From Chthonomonas calidirosea (GTDB lineage: Bacteria; Armatimonadota; Fimbriimonadia; Fimbriimonadales; Fimbriimonadaceae): a stretch of 20,342 bases of DNA. Below, in pieces: positions 15,477 to 20,342 of this stretch. Made by a program: the position numbers and the translations under genes. How positions within the stretch are numbered: the first letter of the stretch is position 1; each line of letters starts with the position of its first letter. The notes under the pieces were generated by a model. The model was not told the DNA's origin. It searched no databases and worked only from the letters and a program-made list of their open reading frames with translations. The stretch covers positions 1 through 20,342 of the forward strand of contig CAMAPH010000046.1 of NCBI GenBank assembly GCA_945859975.1. Reading direction: 5' to 3'.

Positions 15477-17890
15477 CGTGCCGCCCTCCTTCGCCAAATC
15501 TGATCACCGAGAATCGCGACGAGGATAAATCCACCCTGAATCGCTCGCTCCCAGTAAGTTGCAGAATCGCCGAGCTTCAGGAAGATCAGCACCGTGGAGA
15601 CGATGCCAAGGGTGATCGCACCAAGGATCGTTCCGAGCACCGTCCCGCGTCCGCCCTGAATCGAGGTTCCGCCGACAATCACCGAGGCGATCGCGACCAG
15701 CTCAAAACCAGAGCCGAAGCCCGACTCAATGACCTGGAGCTGGGTCGCGCTGAAAAGCGCAGCAATTCCTGCCGCGAGCCCGGTCAGCATGAACACGCAC
15801 AGCTTGATCCGATGTTCCGGGACGCCACGCAGCCTGGCCGCGCTCGGGTTGCTGCCGAGCGCGAAGACCTGAACGCCGAACCGCGTTCCTTTCGCGAGCC
15901 ACCAAGTGAACAAGGCGAACGCTATCGCCATTAGCACGCTCAAGGGCAGCCCGAGCCAGTTGCCGGTTCCAAAGGAGCGCAGTCCATCTGGCAGTTTTTC
16001 GATCCACTTTCCACCCATCGTGCGTTCGGTGACGCCGCGCAGAATGGTGAGCATCCCGAGGGTGACGATGATCGACGGCACGCGGCCGAAGGTGACGAGG
16101 AGCCCGTTGATGAGTCCGCCAAGGACCCCTACGCCGAGGCAAATGCTCACCCCAACTGGTACCGGCAGACCCATTCGATCGGTTGAGCAAGCAACGCCGA
16201 GACATGCGGCGCAGAGCCCCATCAGCGAGCCGACGGAGATGTCAATTTCCCGAGCCAGGATCACCAGCGTCATCGCGCAGCCGACAATGAGGGCGGGCGC
16301 GACCTTTACGAGCATGTCGAGAATGTTGCCCACCGCAAGGAACTGCGGATTCAGCCCGGCAGCGAGCGCGAGCGTGGCGATCAGCAATCCGCCCACTCCA
16401 ACTTCCGGCCTTAGACTCTTCTTTGGCACGGTTGTGGGTGGCGCAAGTTCTGAAAGTGTCTCCGATGGCAGAGCCAACGCGAGCACCTTTTCCTGAGTCG
16501 CCTCCTGGCGGCTGAGCTCGCCGGAGATTTGGCCCTCCCGCATCACCAAGATTCGGTCCCCGAGGCCAAGTACTTCCTTGAGTTCGCTCGAGATCACGAG
16601 CACCGCTACGCCAGAAGCCGCGATCTCGGCGACCAACTCGTGAATCTGCGCCTTTGCCCCGACGTCGACCCCTCGCGTGGGCTCATCTAGAATCAGCACG
16701 TTGGGCTTTGTGGCCAGCCATTTGCCGAGTAGGACCTTCTGCTGGTTGCCTCCAGACAGCGATTGCGCCGGGACTTCGTCGGACGGTGCTTTGATCGCCA
16801 ACCGCTCCATGAAGCCGCGCGATGTTTCAGCTTCTTTAGCGCGGGGAATCAGGCCCGTTCCCGCCGGAGCCATGGCCATGTTGTCCCGAAGTGAGAACGG
16901 CAGATGAAGCCCCTCGTGCTGCCGGTCCTCGGGCACGAGCGCGATTTTGTCGCCGCCGATCCAGACCTGCCCATACTCGAACGAATCGATGCCAAATATA
17001 GCGCGGGCTACCTCGGATCGGCCCGCGCCGACAAGTCCGGCCAAAGCCACGACTTCCCCTCCCCGAACTTCGAAATTAATGTTCGAAAACTTGCCCGGCG
17101 AGGAAAGTCCGGTAACACGCAGCCGAACTGGCCCCGGTTCCGTGGCGCGAATCTCGGGCGATGCAACTTCTCTGCCCACCATTGCCTGCACCAAATCTGC
17201 GGGTATGACTTCAGCGATCGGGCGCGTCACAACATGGCGGCCATCTCGGAGCACGGTCACGCGATCGGCGAGCGCGAAAATCTCGTCCATGCGGTGGCTC
17301 ACGTACATCACCGCGACTCCCTTCTCTCGAATCGCCCGGACGCTTCGGAACAAGGCATCGGTCTCGCGGCTGGAAAGCGACGCGGTTGGCTCGTCAAGAA
17401 TCAGAAGTCGGCAATCCGTAGCCAGCGCACGGGCGACCATCACCATTTGTCGTTGGGCCAGACTCCTTTGCTCCAAAGGCAAGTCTAGGTCAAACGTTTC
17501 GCCGAGTTCCTGAAGGGCGGCTTGAGTTCGCGCCTTCATCTCGGCACGGTCGATGAGAAGACCGCCGAATTTTGTCGGCTCTCGCATCAGTTGGTGGTTC
17601 TCCACCGCTGACATCGACAGGAAGACCGCCGACTCCTGATGGACCATCGAGATTCCCGCCGCTTCGGCACTCGTGACGGAGCCGAAAGAAACGGCCCTGC
17701 CATCGAGCTTCACCGTGCCCGAGGTTGGCTCGACCATGCCGGCAAGGATTCTGTTGAGGGTCGATTTACCCGCCCCGTTCTCACCGCAAATGGCATGGAC
17801 CTCCCCGGCGGCGATATCAAGATCGAAACCATCCAGAGCTAGCACGCCGCCGTACCGTTTGGTCAGGCCGCGGATTTCAATCGTTGCCAT
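15473..17890 (-). CDS. Fused sugar ABC transporter: tandem ATP-binding domains (RbsA/RhaT-like) plus permease (RbsC/RhaP-like)
   Basis: Walker A GENGAGKST, ILDEPT, VSH; second NBD GLVGAGRSE, VPEDR, LSGGNQQKV, LDEPTRGVD, ISSEL; then an in-frame permease with EIDISVGS, IVTLG and ELVAIASVIVGGTS..GGRG. Confidence 0.92.
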   Translation of the reverse strand: MATIEIRGLTKRYGGVLALDGFDLDIAAGEVHAICGENGAGKSTLNRILAGMVEPTSGTVKLDGRAVSFGSVTSAEAAGISMVHQESAVFLSMSAVENHQLMREPTKFGGLLIDRAEMKARTQAALQELGETFDLDLPLEQRSLAQRQMVMVARALATDCRLLILDEPTASLSSRETDALFRSVRAIREKGVAVMYVSHRMDEIFALADRVTVLRDGRHVVTRPIAEVIPADLVQAMVGREVASPEIRATEPGPVRLRVTGLSSPGKFSNINFEVRGGEVVALAGLVGAGRSEVARAIFGIDSFEYGQVWIGGDKIALVPEDRQHEGLHLPFSLRDNMAMAPAGTGLIPRAKEAETSRGFMERLAIKAPSDEVPAQSLSGGNQQKVLLGKWLATKPNVLILDEPTRGVDVGAKAQIHELVAEIAASGVAVLVISSELKEVLGLGDRILVMREGQISGELSRQEATQEKVLALALPSETLSELAPPTTVPKKSLRPEVGVGGLLIATLALAAGLNPQFLAVGNILDMLVKVAPALIVGCAMTLVILAREIDISVGSLMGLCAACLGVACSTDRMGLPVPVGVSICLGVGVLGGLINGLLVTFGRVPSIIVTLGMLTILRGVTERTMGGKWIEKLPDGLRSFGTGNWLGLPLSVLMAIAFALFTWWLAKGTRFGVQVFALGSNPSAARLRGVPEHRIKLCVFMLTGLAAGIAALFSATQLQVIESGFGSGFELVAIASVIVGGTSIQGGRGTVLGTILGAITLGIVSTVLIFLKLGDSATYWERAIQGGFILVAILGDQIWRRRAAR

Positions 17891-17908
17891 GCGTGTGAGC
17901 CCGGACGA

Positions 17909-18583
17909 TCACCAAGGGAGAAACGGCCCAACGACCTTCTTCCAAATCTTATAGCCATCAGCATTCATATGCAGTCGGTCGGAAACGAAGATCTCCGGCC
18001 GAGGTCCGCCCGTTTCGTTTAGCATTGCGGGGAAAACATCTATAAATACTAAGTTCTCGCCATCGATGGTTTGCTTCCGAATGAGGTCATTTGCCTTTCG
18101 GAACTCCGGCCACCTTGCCTCGCGCACAGGGGAAGGGGACAACGAAATGAAAGCGATACGCACGTTCGGAAGTTCTGCCCGAACCGTGGAAACGAACTTG
18201 CCAAAATCTGCGGCGACCGTCTCCGCGGTCTTGCCGCTCGCGATGTCGTTCGTGCCGGCAAACAGCACAATCATTTTCGGCTTATATGGCGTGATGATCC
18301 GCTTAGCGAACTTGATCGAGTCGCTGAGCTGTGAACCGCCAAACCCGCGTCCGATGACATTCTTTCCGGGAAAGTCCTGCTTGAGGGTCTTCCAAAGCTT
18401 GATGCTGGAACTGCCGACGAACACGATGCCGTCTTTCTGAGGCGGATTCACCTTGTCTGCCGCTTCGTAGGCGACGATTTCAGGTTCGAAAGGAGACTCC
18501 TGCGGCCCACCGGCGATCGAAAGGCTACCAAGCCCAAGGCCGCAGGCCAACACCCAACTCACGCACCGTCGCGTATTCATCAC
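17909..18583 (-). CDS. SGNH/GDSL hydrolase (putative carbohydrate acetylesterase), secreted
   Basis: Blocks FVGSSS, RGFGGS, AGTND and DRLH; signal peptide; start GTG 18583 or ATG 18580; ends 18 nt before the ABC ATPase start. Confidence 0.9.
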   Translation of the reverse strand: MMNTRRCVSWVLACGLGLGSLSIAGGPQESPFEPEIVAYEAADKVNPPQKDGIVFVGSSSIKLWKTLKQDFPGKNVIGRGFGGSQLSDSIKFAKRIITPYKPKMIVLFAGTNDIASGKTAETVAADFGKFVSTVRAELPNVRIAFISLSPSPVREARWPEFRKANDLIRKQTIDGENLVFIDVFPAMLNETGGPRPEIFVSDRLHMNADGYKIWKKVVGPFLPW

Positions 18584-18627
18584 ACGTTCTTACCCAACTA
18601 CCGCTTCCCTTATCTGAGGTGCGCTAG

Positions 18628-18633
18628 TACAAT
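18628..18633 (+). promoter_or_regulatory. Putative -10 box (TACAAT) for the rhamnosidase gene
   Basis: Near-consensus hexamer 12 nt upstream of ATG 18646, in a divergent intergenic region. Confidence 0.5.
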
Positions 18634-18645
18634 CGCGTCACGCAC

Positions 18646-20342
18646 ATGGTAACGCTCCTGCCGTTCGTCGCTTCAAGTTCCGTTTTTGCCTACGATTTAA
18701 GGTGCGAAGCGCTAGAAAATCCGCTCGCCATCGAGTCGGCCAAGCCAGTGCTCAGTTGGAAACTGAAAGAGGTGAGCAAAGGGGCCAAGAACCTCCAGCA
18801 AACTTCGTACGAGATTCTTGTCGCAACGAGTCCAGCGAAGCTTCAGGGCACTCGGGCCGATCTCTGGCGATCTGGCAAGATCCTGTCGAACGACTCCTTT
18901 AACATTCCGTACCGGGGTCGAGCATTACGCCCAGGCGAAAAGGCGTTCTGGACGGTCCGAGTTTGGGACCAAAACTCGATGCCCAGTCGGTTCGCAAACG
19001 CCGCAACGTTCTCTGCCGGACTGAAAGCATGGAGCGCAAGTTGGATTCATGGTGCCAAACCGGGTGCTACCCAAGAAGCCCTCAAAGATGCGATCTGGAT
19101 CGGACCTTCAAGCTCCACCAAGACCGACGCTCCTGCCGGAACTTATGTCTTCACGCGACGATTTAATCTCGCCAAACCAACGTCCGGCAAGATTCAGCTG
19201 ACCGCCGACAACACCTTCGTCTTGAGCCTAAACGGCGTTCGACTTAAGGCCACGACCGAGGTCGAAGGGTGGCGGAAACCAGAATCCGTCGACCTCACCA
19301 AGCACCTCAAGGCCGGAGAGAACGTGCTCGAAGTCTCCGTCAACAACGCGACCCAGGGGCCAATAGGACTCCTCGCCGCAATTACGATCAAGGACGGCAG
19401 TGCAACAAAAACGATCTACTCGAACAAGCAGTGGCAGTCAGAAATGGCACCGGCGAGAGAGATTGGTAAGAACGGCGTCGGCCCATGGAATGCGGTTCGA
19501 GACGGTCAATTAGTTAAAGCTCCGGCCCAATACTTCCGCAAATCGTTCCGGTCTGCAGGCAAAATCACCCGCGCTACCGCGTACGTCACTGCCCTTGGGA
19601 TTGTCGATTTCTCGGTTAACGGAAAGCGCGTCTCGGAAGACCTGTTCACTCCCGGCTGGACCAACTACGCCAAGCGCACCCACTACCGAGCCTTTGATAT
19701 CACCAAAAGCTTAAAGCCCGGGCAGAACCAGCTCGACGCGATTCTTGGCCAAGGTTGGTATGCCGGCTACATCGCTTGGGGCCTTCAGCGCGAGCACTAC
19801 GGCTCGACACCCATGCTGAAGGCGCAGGTCGTCCTCGAATACGCCAACGGCAGCAAGCAGACGATCAAGACCGACGGCACCTGGCAGGTTGCCGAGGGCC
19901 AAATTCTTGACGAACACTTCCTCCACGGCGAAAAGTACGATGCGCGAAAGGCGCCATCCAACTGGAAACCGGCAAAGATCGGCAAGTACGCCACTAAGCT
20001 GGAAGCCTTCCCTGGTAACCCGGTTCGCGCCTACACCACCGTCAAGGCCAAATCCATTAAGCGCCAAGCCGACGGCACCTATCTCATCAACTTTGGCCAA
20101 AACCTCAGCGGGTTCGTCAGGCTGAAGTCGAAAGAATCCGCCGGTAAGACGATCACGATTCGCCATGCAGAACGGCTAGACAAGGACGGCCGGGTTTACA
20201 CCACCAACCTCCGCGCGGCGCAGGCCATCGACACCTACACGTTCCGTAGCAATGCCGTCGAGACCTGGAACCCGCGATTCACTTTCCACGGATTCCAGTA
20301 CATCGAAGTCGCTGGCGTCTCCAAACCGCCGACCGCCGAGAC
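18646..20342 (+). CDS. Alpha-L-rhamnosidase, GH78 (N-terminal ~565 aa; truncated by window end)
   Basis: Manually translated frame from ATG 18646: MVTLLPFVASSSVFAYDLRCEALENPLAIESAKPVLSW...YEILVA...DLWRSGKI...WTVRVWD...YFRKSF...AYVTALG...FTPGWTNYAKR...LGQGWYAG...GEKYDAR...INFGQNLSG...IRHAERL...NLRAAQAIDTY...PRFTFHGFQYIEV. The start and the last motif are in the same frame. Missing from the ORF track because there is no stop codon in the window. Confidence 0.92.
   Translation, partial: MVTLLPFVASSSVFAYDLRCEALENPLAIESAKPVLSWKLKEVSKGAKNLQQTSYEILVATSPAKLQGTRADLWRSGKILSNDSFNIPYRGRALRPGEKAFWTVRVWDQNSMPSRFANAATFSAGLKAWSASWIHGAKPGATQEALKDAIWIGPSSSTKTDAPAGTYVFTRRFNLAKPTSGKIQLTADNTFVLSLNGVRLKATTEVEGWRKPESVDLTKHLKAGENVLEVSVNNATQGPIGLLAAITIKDGSATKTIYSNKQWQSEMAPAREIGKNGVGPWNAVRDGQLVKAPAQYFRKSFRSAGKITRATAYVTALGIVDFSVNGKRVSEDLFTPGWTNYAKRTHYRAFDITKSLKPGQNQLDAILGQGWYAGYIAWGLQREHYGSTPMLKAQVVLEYANGSKQTIKTDGTWQVAEGQILDEHFLHGEKYDARKAPSNWKPAKIGKYATKLEAFPGNPVRAYTTVKAKSIKRQADGTYLINFGQNLSGFVRLKSKESAGKTITIRHAERLDKDGRVYTTNLRAAQAIDTYTFRSNAVETWNPRFTFHGFQYIEVAGVSKPPTAE

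Noticed and set aside
13855..17513. Multiple 120-270 aa ORFs antisense or out of frame to the ABC genes
   Set aside because: Shadow ORFs of strongly supported transporter genes, with no independent motifs or translation signals.
13483..17890. Calling the ABC system an AI-2 (lsrACDB) quorum-sensing importer
   Set aside because: No lsrK, lsrR, lsrF or lsrG in the window, and the neighbouring GH78 favours a sugar substrate; gene symbols withheld.
18702..20166. Several short ORFs on both strands in the ORF track
   Set aside because: All lie inside the long GH78 reading frame starting at 18646 and are alternative-frame artefacts.

Overview
A 20.3 kb, moderately GC-rich (roughly 55-60% by eye), gene-dense bacterial region devoted mostly to exported carbohydrate-processing and redox proteins. 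There is no rRNA, tRNA, CRISPR array or mobile element that I can support. From left to right: the 3' end of a probable cupin gene; a glycoside-hydrolase-like lipoprotein; a minus-strand run of an FGE/SUMF1-fold protein, a ThuA-like protein, a Tat-exported Ntn asparaginase and a CE1-type esterase; apbE (flavin transferase) converging on a Tat-exported Gfo/Idh/MocA oxidoreductase; a purple acid phosphatase; a fasciclin protein without a signal peptide; a small Cys-rich membrane protein; an unknown secreted protein; an alditol oxidase; an AIM24 protein; a rhamnose/LsrB-type sugar ABC importer with a fused ATPase-permease, preceded by an SGNH esterase; and a divergent GH78 alpha-L-rhamnosidase that runs off the window and is absent from the supplied ORF track. 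The best candidate for an undescribed system is the ApbE + Cys-less FGE-fold + ThuA-like + Tat Gfo/Idh/MocA module. It could be an extracytosolic, flavinylation-dependent sugar redox pathway, and the FGE-fold protein carries a possible non-canonical FMN attachment site (DAIARPS). Leaderless-type promoters and uncharged signal peptides suggest Armatimonadota (Fimbriimonadia-like), but that assignment is inference only. All family calls come from motif recognition without database searches.
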